Source: a virus. Taken from it: a stretch of 64,000 bases of DNA. Positions 26,549 through 35,071 of this stretch are shown piece by piece. Both the position numbers and the translations under genes were made by a program. The stretch's first letter is position 1. Each line of letters starts with the position of its first letter. The notes below the pieces were generated by a model. That model was not told where the DNA came from. It was given only the letters and a program-made list of their open reading frames with translations, and searched no databases. The DNA lies in IMG/VR virus record IMGVR_UViG_2884683641_000001, positions 62-64,061 of that record; one strand, given 5' to 3'.

Positions 26549-26809
26549 CTATCGGCGCAAGGCGTCAATCAACTGCTTAGCCTCGCTGAGCAGAAGCCCG
26601 ATGCATTCGTCGCCGCTAGGGAAGCTGCGGCCGCCGGTCGTAAGCACCTGCATCCGCGGATCAACCCAGGCGCTCGGATCTTCCGCTGGTTCGAGCTCAG
26701 CTTCCGCCACGGCGGTATATCTCGATGGGTGACCGACCTTGCTCGAAATGTGGCTGCATCGGATGGTGATTTCCCAGCCCCGGTAGTTCTCCTGAACAGT
26801 GTAAGACAT
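26549..26809 (-). CDS. Small antisense moron (86 aa)
   Basis: GAGG SD; YRGWEITI...EAKQLID. Confidence 0.7.
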   Translation of the reverse strand: MSYTVQENYRGWEITIRCSHISSKVGHPSRYTAVAEAELEPAEDPSAWVDPRMQVLTTGGRSFPSGDECIGLLLSEAKQLIDALRR

Positions 26810-26898
26810 GCCACGCCCTCGCAAGTAGTTGTAAATATTATCACGCAACACATCATTTTTGTTGATAGCTTTTTGCTATGGAATAAAGGCGTGGCGCA

Positions 26899-27582
26899 AT
26901 GAAACGGTCCCGAATGCCACCGCGCAAGGCGTTAATGAAGGTGAATGGATTCAATCGCCTCGAGCGAGTCGAAGGCCGCGAGGTCAACAAGATCGTCGCG
27001 CGCGAGAAGAAGCACAAGTGCGCCGTGCGCACTTGCCGCGCCGAATTCGTGCGGCCGGCGCCGTTTGTCACCTGGTGCTCACCAGAGTGCGGCGCGGTGC
27101 TGGCCATGGCAAAGCTGGCAAAGCAGAAACAGGCTCAGGCCGCCGCCGAGCGCAAGGACCGCCAGCAGAAGCTGGCCAAGTTTAAGCGCAAGGCCGACCA
27201 CGTGGCCGACTGCCAGACGGCATTTAACGCCTGGGTGCGGTTCCGTGACCGGAACGAACCTTGCATCTGCTGCGGACGCTGGCCGTCCAGCCAGTCGCTC
27301 ACGGGCGGCGAATGGGACGCCGGCCACTACCTCTCACGCGGCAGCCACCCGCACCTGCGCTTCGACGTGCGCAACGTCTTCAAGCAGATGAAGGGCTGCA
27401 ACAGGCCCGGGGGCACCACGGCGGCGTCGTTCCGCGCCGGCGTCGTCGCGCGCATAGGCCTGGCCGCCGTTGAGGCGCTGGAAGCCGACCACGAGCCTCG
27501 CCACTATACGGTCGACCAGCTGATCGCCATGACCGCGCACTACAAGCAAGAACTGAAAAAACTGAAAGCGGCCGCCGCGTGA
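26899..27582 (+). CDS. ninG: NinG/Rap family endonuclease
   Basis: FNAWVRFRDRNEPCICCG...WDAGHYLSRGSHPHLRFD. Confidence 0.88.
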   Translation: MKRSRMPPRKALMKVNGFNRLERVEGREVNKIVAREKKHKCAVRTCRAEFVRPAPFVTWCSPECGAVLAMAKLAKQKQAQAAAERKDRQQKLAKFKRKADHVADCQTAFNAWVRFRDRNEPCICCGRWPSSQSLTGGEWDAGHYLSRGSHPHLRFDVRNVFKQMKGCNRPGGTTAASFRAGVVARIGLAAVEALEADHEPRHYTVDQLIAMTAHYKQELKKLKAAAA

Positions 27583-27613
27583 CGGCCGTCCAAAACTATG
27601 CAATGGAGAATCT

Positions 27614-30256
27614 ATGAGCGCATTTAGCCTCGAAGAACAGCAGAGCCTGGTGGCCGCGCAGTACCACGAATTCCTTCGCGAGAAGATCAAGTTGGCGCCG
27701 CGCTGCGGCTTCGACGTGCCGCTGTACCAGATCAACCCACATCTCAAGCCACATACCCGTGACATCGCGCGCTGGGCACTCTCCGGTGGGCAGCGCGCCA
27801 TCTTTGCATCGTTCGGCCTGCACAAGACCGCAACCAACCTGGAAGTGATGCGCCTGATCGGCGCCAACCGGCCGGGCTTGCGCCGCCTGATCATCATGCC
27901 GCTGGGCGTGCGCCAGGAGTTCGCGCGCGAGGTGCGCCAGCGCTTTACCGGCGAGTACGCCGTCGAGCTGAAATTCATTAAGACTTCGGCCGAGGTCGAC
28001 CGCGACGACGTGATCTACGTGACCAACTACGAGCCGGTGCGCGACGGTAAGATCGATCCATCGCTGTTCGGCGCCGTGGCGCTGGACGAGGCGGCCGTGC
28101 TGCGCAGCTACGGCAGCAAAACCTTTCAGGAGTTCTTGGACATCTTCGCGCACGCCGAATTCAAGTTCGTGTACACGGCGACGCCGAGCCCGAACCGCCT
28201 GAAGGAGCTGATCCACTACGCCGGCTTCCTGGGCGTCATGGACACCGGCCAGGCGCTGACCCGCTTCTTCCAGCGCGACAGCGAGAAGGCCGGCAACCTG
28301 ACGCTTTACCCCCACAAGGAACGGGAGTTCTGGCTCTGGGTGGCCAGCTGGGCACTGTACCTGCAAAAGCCCAGCGACCTGGGGCACTCGGACGAGGGCT
28401 ACGTGCTGCCGCCGCTGAACCTGCAGGTGCACGAGTTACCAAGCAACTATCAGGCCGCCGGTAACGAGAAGAACGGCCAGGGTCTTCTGATCCCCAATGT
28501 CGCCATGGGCCTGTCGGCGGCGGCCGGCGAGAAGCGCGAAAGCCTGGCTGACCGCGTCGCTAAGGTGGTCCAGTTGCTGCGCGCGCGGCCGGCCGGCGCC
28601 CAGGCCATCGTCTGGTGCGACCTGAACGACGAGCAGCGGGCGCTGGAGCGCGCGATTGCCGCGGAAGGCTGGAGCGTTGCGTCGCTGGACGGGAGCCAAG
28701 ATCAAGATCTGCGTGAGGAGCTGATGGACGACTGGCGCGAGCGGCGCCGCGACATCTTCCTGTCCAAGCCGGTGATGTACGGCGCCGGCCCGAACCTGCA
28801 GCAGTGCCAGCTGATGATCTTCGCCGGCATCGGCTTCAAGTTTGCGGACTTCATCCAGGCCGTGCACCGGATCCTGAGGTTCGGCCAGCAGGGCACCTGC
28901 AGCGTGCACCTGATTCACACCGAGGTCGAGCGCGCGGTGCTGGCGACGCTGATGGAGAAGTGGCGCCTGCACGACGACTCGGTCGCCACCATGGGTGAGA
29001 TCATCCGCACCTACGGCCTGGACCAGCTGCAGATGCAGGATACGCTGGCCAGGACCATCGGTGTCGAGCGCCAGGTGGCCGAGGGTGAGCACTTCCGCGT
29101 CGCGAACAACGACTGCGTGCTGGAGGCGCTGCAGCAGCCGGACAACTCGATGGGCATGATCCTGACGTCGATTCCATTCGGAAACCAATATGAGTACTCG
29201 CCGAGCTATAACGACTTCGGTCACACCGTCGACAATGATCAATTCTGGCGCCAGATGGACTTCCTGACGCCGCAGCTGCTGCGCATCTTGCAGCCGGGCC
29301 GCATCTATGCCTGCCACGTGAAGGACCGGATCCTGTTCGGCAACGTGACCGGCGCCGGCGTGCCGACCGTCAGCCCGTTTCACGCCGAGGCGATCTTCCA
29401 CGCGCGCCGGCATGGCTTCGACTACATGGGCATGATCACCATTGTCACCGACGTGGTGCGCGAGAACAACCAGACCTACCGCCTGGGCTACTCCGAAGTG
29501 TGCAAGGACGGCACGAAGATGGGTGTGGGCATGCCCGAATACGTGCTGCTGTTCCACAAGCCGCAGACCGACCGCAGCAAGAGCTATGCCGACACGCCGG
29601 CGACCAAGGCGAAGCCGCTGTGCATGGACGAGCAGGGTGCGGCCGTGCCGTTCGATCGGAAACTCCCACCGATCCCTGGTACCGGCTACAGCGTCGCGCG
29701 CTGGCAGGTGGACGCGCACGCCTTCTGGCGCTCAAGCGGCGACCGCCTGGTCGGCGCTGCGGAGATGGCCAGCTACGGCCCGGGCAAGCTGGCGAAGTAC
29801 TTCACCGAGTCCTCGCTGCAGAACGTCTACGACTACGAGTTCCACGTCGCCGTCGGCGAGCGCATGTTGGCCGAGAAGACCCTACCGGCCACTTTCATGA
29901 GCTTGGCGCCCGGCAGCCACGATCCGATGGTCTGGCACGACATCGTGCGCATGAAGACGCTGAATGGTGATCAGTCGGCGCGCGCCGTTGAGAACCATGT
30001 GTGCCCATTCCAGATTGACATCGTGGACCGCCTGATCAACCGCTACACCAACCCCGGCGAGACGGTCTACGACCCGTTCCACGGCCTAGGCACGGTCGGC
30101 GTGCGGGCGGTCAAGCTCGGCCGCCGCGGCGCCGGCTCGGAACTGAACACCAGCTATTTCCGCGACCAGGTGCACTACCTGCAGCTAGCGGAGCGCGAGG
30201 TGAGCATGCCGACGCTGTTCGATCTGGCCGCGCTGGATGTGGAGAACGAAAAATGA
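27614..30256 (+). CDS. SNF2-like helicase domain fused to an N4/N6 DNA methyltransferase
   Basis: FGLHKT, LDEAA, TATPSPN, QAVHRILRFGQ; then LTSIPF and YDPFHGLGT (motif IV before motif I, beta class). Confidence 0.88.
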   Translation: MSAFSLEEQQSLVAAQYHEFLREKIKLAPRCGFDVPLYQINPHLKPHTRDIARWALSGGQRAIFASFGLHKTATNLEVMRLIGANRPGLRRLIIMPLGVRQEFAREVRQRFTGEYAVELKFIKTSAEVDRDDVIYVTNYEPVRDGKIDPSLFGAVALDEAAVLRSYGSKTFQEFLDIFAHAEFKFVYTATPSPNRLKELIHYAGFLGVMDTGQALTRFFQRDSEKAGNLTLYPHKEREFWLWVASWALYLQKPSDLGHSDEGYVLPPLNLQVHELPSNYQAAGNEKNGQGLLIPNVAMGLSAAAGEKRESLADRVAKVVQLLRARPAGAQAIVWCDLNDEQRALERAIAAEGWSVASLDGSQDQDLREELMDDWRERRRDIFLSKPVMYGAGPNLQQCQLMIFAGIGFKFADFIQAVHRILRFGQQGTCSVHLIHTEVERAVLATLMEKWRLHDDSVATMGEIIRTYGLDQLQMQDTLARTIGVERQVAEGEHFRVANNDCVLEALQQPDNSMGMILTSIPFGNQYEYSPSYNDFGHTVDNDQFWRQMDFLTPQLLRILQPGRIYACHVKDRILFGNVTGAGVPTVSPFHAEAIFHARRHGFDYMGMITIVTDVVRENNQTYRLGYSEVCKDGTKMGVGMPEYVLLFHKPQTDRSKSYADTPATKAKPLCMDEQGAAVPFDRKLPPIPGTGYSVARWQVDAHAFWRSSGDRLVGAAEMASYGPGKLAKYFTESSLQNVYDYEFHVAVGERMLAEKTLPATFMSLAPGSHDPMVWHDIVRMKTLNGDQSARAVENHVCPFQIDIVDRLINRYTNPGETVYDPFHGLGTVGVRAVKLGRRGAGSELNTSYFRDQVHYLQLAEREVSMPTLFDLAALDVENEK

Positions 30257-30669
30257 ATATTAAAAATTCATTAACTGCTTACCGCATCACCCAGATCACT
30301 GCGGCGCTGACCGAGCGCGCCCAGACGGTAGACGACATCGCACTGGAGATTGGATTGTGTCGCGCGCACCTGGCGCGCTATTTGGCTGAGCTGCATGCTG
30401 CCGGTGCGATCTACATCGCCTCGTGGGCAGTACGGCAGCAGGGCCGCGCAACGCGCCTCCCGGTCTACCGGCTGGGCGCGCGTCCAGATGCGCAACGGCC
30501 AGCCAATCTCACACAGCGGGAACGCCAGGCCGCGCACAAGGCGCGCATCTACGCTGACCCAGAGCGCCACGACAGGTACAAGGCGCTCGGCCGCGCGCGC
30601 AAGCTGCGGGTGAAGCGCGATCCGCTGGTCGTGGCGATGTTCGGCGCCGCCGGGGGCGCGCATGCGTGA
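30253..30669 (+). CDS. Winged-helix protein
   Basis: TVDDIALEIGLCRAHLARYLAELHAAGAIY. Confidence 0.7.
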   Translation: MNIKNSLTAYRITQITAALTERAQTVDDIALEIGLCRAHLARYLAELHAAGAIYIASWAVRQQGRATRLPVYRLGARPDAQRPANLTQRERQAAHKARIYADPERHDRYKALGRARKLRVKRDPLVVAMFGAAGGAHA

Positions 30670-31594
30670 TTATTCGAAGGTTGGCCCGCAATTTTGGAAT
30701 GGTCGCACGGGCAAGGCATTGAAGGCAAAGGGCAGCGAGGCGGTCATCGTCGGCATGTATCTGATGACCTGCCAGCACGCCAATATGCTCGGCCTGTACT
30801 ACCTGAACAAAGCTTACATCGCCGTCGATACCGGCCTTGGCTTGGAAGGGGCTAGTAAGGGGCTCCAATGGGCCTGTGAAGTAGGGTTTTGCAGTTACGA
30901 CGAGGCCAGCGAGGTCGTGTGGGTAACCGAAATGGCGCTGTACCAGATTGGCGAGCAGCTGGAGCTCAAGGACAACCGCTGCAAGGGTGTCCAGCGCGAG
31001 TACGATTCAGTGCCGGAAAACCCTTTCCTTTCAGCGTTTTACGAGCGCTACGCGAAGGTTTTTCACATGACAAATCGCCGCGTTCCTGAGGTTGAAAGCA
31101 CAAGCCCCTTGCAAGCCCCTTCGAAGCCCCTACCAAGCCAAGAACAAGAACAGGAACAAGAACAGGAGAAAAACAACACGTCGGCGAAAACCGCCGCCGC
31201 GGCGCCGCTCACCTCGGAATGTCGCGAGGACGGATCGACCGAGCGTCGGCAGAAACGCCGCGGCACGCCAGAGGATGAAACCTGCGCACGCTGGCTCTTC
31301 GGCCGCATCCTGGCGAGCAACCCGGAGCACAAGCCGCCGAATTTCTCCACCTGGGCGGACGAGGTGCGGCTGATGCGCGAGCGGGATGGGCGCACACACC
31401 GGGCTATCTGCGAGCTGTTCGACTGGGCGCAGGGCGACAGCTTCTGGCGCGCCAACGTCCTCTCGCCGGCCAAGCTGCGCGAGAAGTGGGACCAACTGAC
31501 GATCAAACGCGGCACGCCGCAGAAAGGACAAAAACATGACAACTTCGCCACGCAAGATTACCGCGCAGGTGTTGCTCCCGATGGCTCGTTCTGA
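30662..31594 (+). CDS. Replication initiator (lambda O-like)
   Basis: MRDYSKVGPQFW N-terminus, QEQEQE linker, WADEVRLMRERD...FWRANVLSPAKLREKW; precedes the DnaC-like gene. Confidence 0.85.
   Translation: MRDYSKVGPQFWNGRTGKALKAKGSEAVIVGMYLMTCQHANMLGLYYLNKAYIAVDTGLGLEGASKGLQWACEVGFCSYDEASEVVWVTEMALYQIGEQLELKDNRCKGVQREYDSVPENPFLSAFYERYAKVFHMTNRRVPEVESTSPLQAPSKPLPSQEQEQEQEQEKNNTSAKTAAAAPLTSECREDGSTERRQKRRGTPEDETCARWLFGRILASNPEHKPPNFSTWADEVRLMRERDGRTHRAICELFDWAQGDSFWRANVLSPAKLREKWDQLTIKRGTPQKGQKHDNFATQDYRAGVAPDGSF
31101..31140 (+). repeat. Putative origin iterons
   Basis: AAGCCCCT x3 plus a partial copy at about 11-bp spacing inside O; inverted AAGGGGCT x2 near 30847-30865. Confidence 0.6.
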
Positions 31595-32360
31595 AGGTCG
31601 TCAGCGCTTTTTCAGCGCGCTGCTGGAGACTTGTGCCCAGCACGGCGAGTACACTTCGATGCTGGTCGGCGGGAACTGGTCGGCCTGCGTCGAGTGCACC
31701 CACGATGCCGAGAAGGCCGCGGTCGCCGCGGCGCAGGTGGCGTGGCGCGGCCAGTTGGCGGCGCGCGCTTGGGACGCCCGCCTGGGGCGCGCGGCGATCC
31801 CTGAGCGCTTCGCTGACCGGCGGCTAGCTACGTACCAGCCGACCTGTCACGAAGCGGCGCAGGCGCTGCAGGTGGCGCAGCGCTATGCCGACAACTTCGG
31901 CGCCGTACGCCGGTCTGGCGCCTGCCTGATCTTCTGCGGCGACGTCGGTACCGGCAAGACCCACCTGGCCGTCGGCATCGCGCACGAGGTGCTGGAGCAG
32001 GGCGGCCAGGCCGTGTTCTCGTCGGTGATTCGCGCGGTCCGGTCGGTGAAGGAGACCTTCAGCAAGGGCGCCGGCCGCACCGAGGCAGAGGCGCTGCGCG
32101 ACCTGGTTGAACCGGACTTGCTGATCCTCGACGAGGTGGGCGTGCAGTTCGGTACCGACGCCGAGAAGCTGATCCTGTTCGAGATCATCAACGGCCGCTA
32201 CGAGTCGCGCCGGCCGACGATCATCATCAGCAATCTGGCCATCGGCGAGCTCGAGAAGTACCTCGGCGCCCGCGCGGTGGACCGGCTGCGCGAGGGCGGC
32301 GGCAAGGTGGTGGTGTTCGATTGGGAGTCGTACCGCGGGCGACGCGAGGTGGTCTCGTGA
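31536..32360 (+). CDS. DnaC/IstB-like ATPase (helicase loader)
   Basis: GDVGTGKT Walker A, LILDEVG Walker B, PTIIISN, VDRLREG. Confidence 0.92.
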   Translation: MTTSPRKITAQVLLPMARSEGRQRFFSALLETCAQHGEYTSMLVGGNWSACVECTHDAEKAAVAAAQVAWRGQLAARAWDARLGRAAIPERFADRRLATYQPTCHEAAQALQVAQRYADNFGAVRRSGACLIFCGDVGTGKTHLAVGIAHEVLEQGGQAVFSSVIRAVRSVKETFSKGAGRTEAEALRDLVEPDLLILDEVGVQFGTDAEKLILFEIINGRYESRRPTIIISNLAIGELEKYLGARAVDRLREGGGKVVVFDWESYRGRREVVS

Positions 32361-32767
32361 GCGGCCGCGATGGCTTCGTGCTCAATCCGCTCGCGCTCCT
32401 GGCCGGCAAGCAGCTGGTCGGCCAAGAGGAGGGCGACAAGACGGCGCTGCTGGTGCTGATCGCCCTCGATGCCGCGAAGCGCGGCGCGGCGCCGGCTAGC
32501 CTGGCCAATACGCTGACGGAGCACCTGCTGACCAGCGCGGCGATCTGGTCGCAGCAAGGCAATCGGCGGCTGTACGACGTGGCGGTCGAGGCATGGATGG
32601 CGCTGGGCAAAGCCTGCGCGCGGCCCACGGCACTGCTGGACCTGACGACCGGCGAATACCTCGCGATCCGCCGCGCGATCGGCTTCTACGTCCGCGCGCT
32701 GCCGCGGCTTGAGGTCGGCGCGCTCGCTGCGGCGTATGCCAAGGCGCTGCAGCAGTTGCGTGCATGA
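32357..32767 (+). CDS. Hypothetical protein (GTG start)
   Basis: GTGA-coupled to the DnaC-like gene. Confidence 0.65.
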   Translation: MSGRDGFVLNPLALLAGKQLVGQEEGDKTALLVLIALDAAKRGAAPASLANTLTEHLLTSAAIWSQQGNRRLYDVAVEAWMALGKACARPTALLDLTTGEYLAIRRAIGFYVRALPRLEVGALAAAYAKALQQLRA

Positions 32768-32844
32768 CGCAGTTGCCATAGCGACAGTCTAGCGCAACGG
32801 AAATACCTGTGTTAACGTCCAGCTACACTTTCTGGAGCGCACAT

Positions 32845-33405
32845 ATGGGCTTTGCCGACCGATACCTGCACGCCGTCAATTCAAGCGATCTGCGCGATGA
32901 CGAGCACCATCACGCAACCGATGCGCTGTGCGCCGCGGCGCTGGCCGACGTCACGGGCGCCGGCCTGGGTTCGCTGCTCTCGCGCGTAAAGTACGCCGAC
33001 GGCACTCAGCACAAGCTGTTCGAATCGGGCAGCGCCAACCTGGCCAGCTTGCTGCGCATCTGGACTGAGCGCGTGATCCAGAAGGGCCGCGAGCGGAAGT
33101 GGTTGAAGGAGAATACCGCCTGGGATGCGGATAGTGCGCAAAAACTTTATCGCCGTATCGCCGAGCGCTCGCTTGCGCACTGGCTGGACGGAAAATGCGC
33201 TGCGTGCTCTGGTAGTGGCAACACGCTGGATCGGCGCATCTGCGTAACCTGCAAGGGTACCGGCAAGGCTGAGATCACCGGCGCCGGCGGCTTCGAGTTG
33301 GAGAAGGTCAAGGACATGGTCAGCGAATTGGAAGGGCTGCTCCAGTCGCATAATGCGCGCGCGGCCGGCATGCTGCGTGGCGCAAGTCATACGCACCGGG
33401 ATTGA
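32845..33405 (+). CDS. Late antiterminator Q-like protein
   Basis: CAACSGSG...CVTCKGTG zinc finger; position directly before a promoter-terminator pair. Confidence 0.75.
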   Translation: MGFADRYLHAVNSSDLRDDEHHHATDALCAAALADVTGAGLGSLLSRVKYADGTQHKLFESGSANLASLLRIWTERVIQKGRERKWLKENTAWDADSAQKLYRRIAERSLAHWLDGKCAACSGSGNTLDRRICVTCKGTGKAEITGAGGFELEKVKDMVSELEGLLQSHNARAAGMLRGASHTHRD

Positions 33406-33431
33406 CACCGCCTCGCGAAGTACGTTAACGT
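33402..33431 (+). promoter_or_regulatory. Late promoter pR'
   Basis: TTGACA-18-TAACGT immediately after Q. Confidence 0.6.
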
Positions 33432-33570
33432 TGGGCCTTCACACACTTTCGGCACTCGTAATGCGGGCTACGGCCCCACCGATAGCCGGAATTCGAGGCT
33501 AGCACCAATCCTTTGATGCTTTCGCTCGCGTGTACACCGCCCACTTCGCAGATAGCGCTGGGGCACAACG

Positions 33571-33596
33571 AAGCCACCCTCGCGGTGGCTTTTTTC
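33571..33596 (+). terminator. tR'-like terminator
   Basis: AAGCCACC-CTCGC-GGTGGCTT-TTTT about 140 nt after pR'. Confidence 0.85.
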
Positions 33597-33622
33597 ATTT
33601 CCGCGCCCGCTGCGAGGCCGCC

Positions 33623-33766
33623 ATGGATTCCGAATTGACCCACGCCGAGGTGCAAGCCCGCATCCGCTGGACGCGCATGTGCATGGCGCTGCTGGTGCTG
33701 CAAGACGACTTGCGCATCGCGCGCGATCTCGCTGAGCTGCAGGGCCGCAAGTCGAAGCGCTGGTAG
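33623..33766 (+). CDS. Small hypothetical protein (47 aa)
   Basis: GAGG SD; MDSELTHAEVQARIRW... Confidence 0.5.
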   Translation: MDSELTHAEVQARIRWTRMCMALLVLQDDLRIARDLAELQGRKSKRW

Positions 33767-34068
33767 CGCACCGAACACGAAACGCGCAGGCCGCAGCACG
33801 ACGGCCGCCAAGGAGGTGCATCATGAAATAGCGAAACTCAGAGCCTCACCGCCAGCCGACAATCCCGTCCGCTGCCGGCATAGAAGCGCCACGACAGCGC
33901 GCACGGGTCAAAAATCGGCTGATGAGTTTCGGAGCACCCGCCCGGAGATACTCAGGGGACGCCACCACGAGATCATGCAATTCACGGCCCTCGGGCCACC
34001 ACCAGCCGGACGCCGCCACAAGGCCGCGCGCCTGACCGGCAGCCTGGACGCTGTAACCAGGCAATCAC

Positions 34069-34160
34069 GGAGCAGAGGCGAATATCGGCTAAGTCGCCAC
34101 GGACTGTAAATCCGTAGTCTGCTTGACAGGGTGCTGGTTCAACTCCAGCCTGCTCCACCA
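34069..34160 (+). tRNA. tRNA-Tyr (GTA)
   Basis: GGAGCAG/CTGCTCC-A-CCA acceptor, ACGGA-CTGTAAA-TCCGT anticodon arm, long variable arm, GCTGG-TTCAACT-CCAGC T arm. Confidence 0.93.
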
Positions 34161-34298
34161 GAATTCGCTTCATCTGCGTTAATCCCGAAGCTACGGCAGA
34201 GGATGAGACCGCAGGGCGGCAATACGCAGTATCGCGGTTCTGGCCTGGGAGTGCCCGGGCGCCGCAGCAGTTCTCCCGTTCAGCTACCGCTGGGCCTT

Positions 34299-34320
34299 GC
34301 CGCCGTTGCGCGGCTTTTTT
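34299..34320 (+). terminator. Intrinsic terminator
   Basis: GCCGC-CGTTGC-GCGGC-TTTTTT. Confidence 0.7.
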
Positions 34321-34333
34321 ATTCGAGGTGGTC

Positions 34334-34480
34334 ATGCCTGACATCGATCTCCGCAAGATCCTTATTGGAGGCGCGCTGATCGGCGGCGCGGCTGCTGGCG
34401 CGGCCATTGGCGTGGTCATGTGGCTGGGCCCATATGTGTGGGCTTGGCTCAAGCCTATCCTGCTCGCCGTGACGGCCTGA
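34334..34480 (+). CDS. Small membrane protein (48 aa)
   Basis: GAGGTG SD; ILIGGALIGGAAAGAAIGVVMWLGPYVWAWL. Confidence 0.65.
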   Translation: MPDIDLRKILIGGALIGGAAAGAAIGVVMWLGPYVWAWLKPILLAVTA

Positions 34481-34482
34481 CT

Positions 34483-34788
34483 ATGCGCATTTCCGCCGAT
34501 CCGAAGAGCCCGCACTACTCGACATGCAGCCGCCAGGCCACCGTGTTTCTGAATGGCGAGCAGTTGAAGCACTGCGTCACCGCCGACGACGAGGCCGGCA
34601 CCGCCGAGTGCTATCGCCTCGACGCCAACGGCGAAATCTTCCGCGACGGCGAGTTCGCCGAACTGCAGGTGCTGCGCGGCCAAGTCGAAATCGTGCTGGA
34701 GGATATGGACTTCGACGCATGGCTGCGCCGCCGCACCGAGCGCGCTCACGCTGACTTCATGGCGCGCACGTCGCGGCTACCAGCATGA
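34483..34788 (+). CDS. Hypothetical protein (start MRISAD)
   Basis: Follows the previous gene by 2 nt; VFLNGEQLKHCVTADDEAG. Confidence 0.65.
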   Translation: MRISADPKSPHYSTCSRQATVFLNGEQLKHCVTADDEAGTAECYRLDANGEIFRDGEFAELQVLRGQVEIVLEDMDFDAWLRRRTERAHADFMARTSRLPA

Positions 34789-35071
34789 GCATGCTCGCCA
34801 TCATGATGATCCTGTGGGGCGTAGAGCGCCCTGCACCAGTGCCGGCCACGCCGCGCACACCAACCCCGGCTTCCTGGCCATACCAGTAACGTTGCGTTGC
34901 CGCCCATCGCGCTCCAGCGGGCGGGCTCAAAAAGCGGGCGCAGTCGCTGACGAAACATGGCCGGGTGGGTCCGGCTGCCGGGTGCGCTACACACCCAGCG
35001 GCTCTAGCCCGGAGCGGGCGGCGACATCCATCTTTTGTGTTATTGTTAACTCTCCTAAACTCGGGAGAATA

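Noticed and set aside
26477-26902. 141-aa plus-strand ORF as a real gene
   Set aside because: Overlaps an SD-led antisense gene; only its first codons look like a ninG-start remnant.
31140-31170. AAGAACAAGAACAGG repeats as iterons
   Set aside because: They encode the common QEQEQE linker of O-like proteins; the AAGCCCCT repeats are the better iteron candidates.
33915-33960. CTGATGAG suggesting a hammerhead ribozyme core
   Set aside because: No stem II followed by GAAA; TGAGT instead pairs with flanking ACTCA copies.
34940-34960. GTC-GCT-GAC-GAAAC near 34943 resembling hammerhead stem II plus GAAAC
   Set aside because: No CUGANGA upstream of the stem and the loop is only 3 nt.
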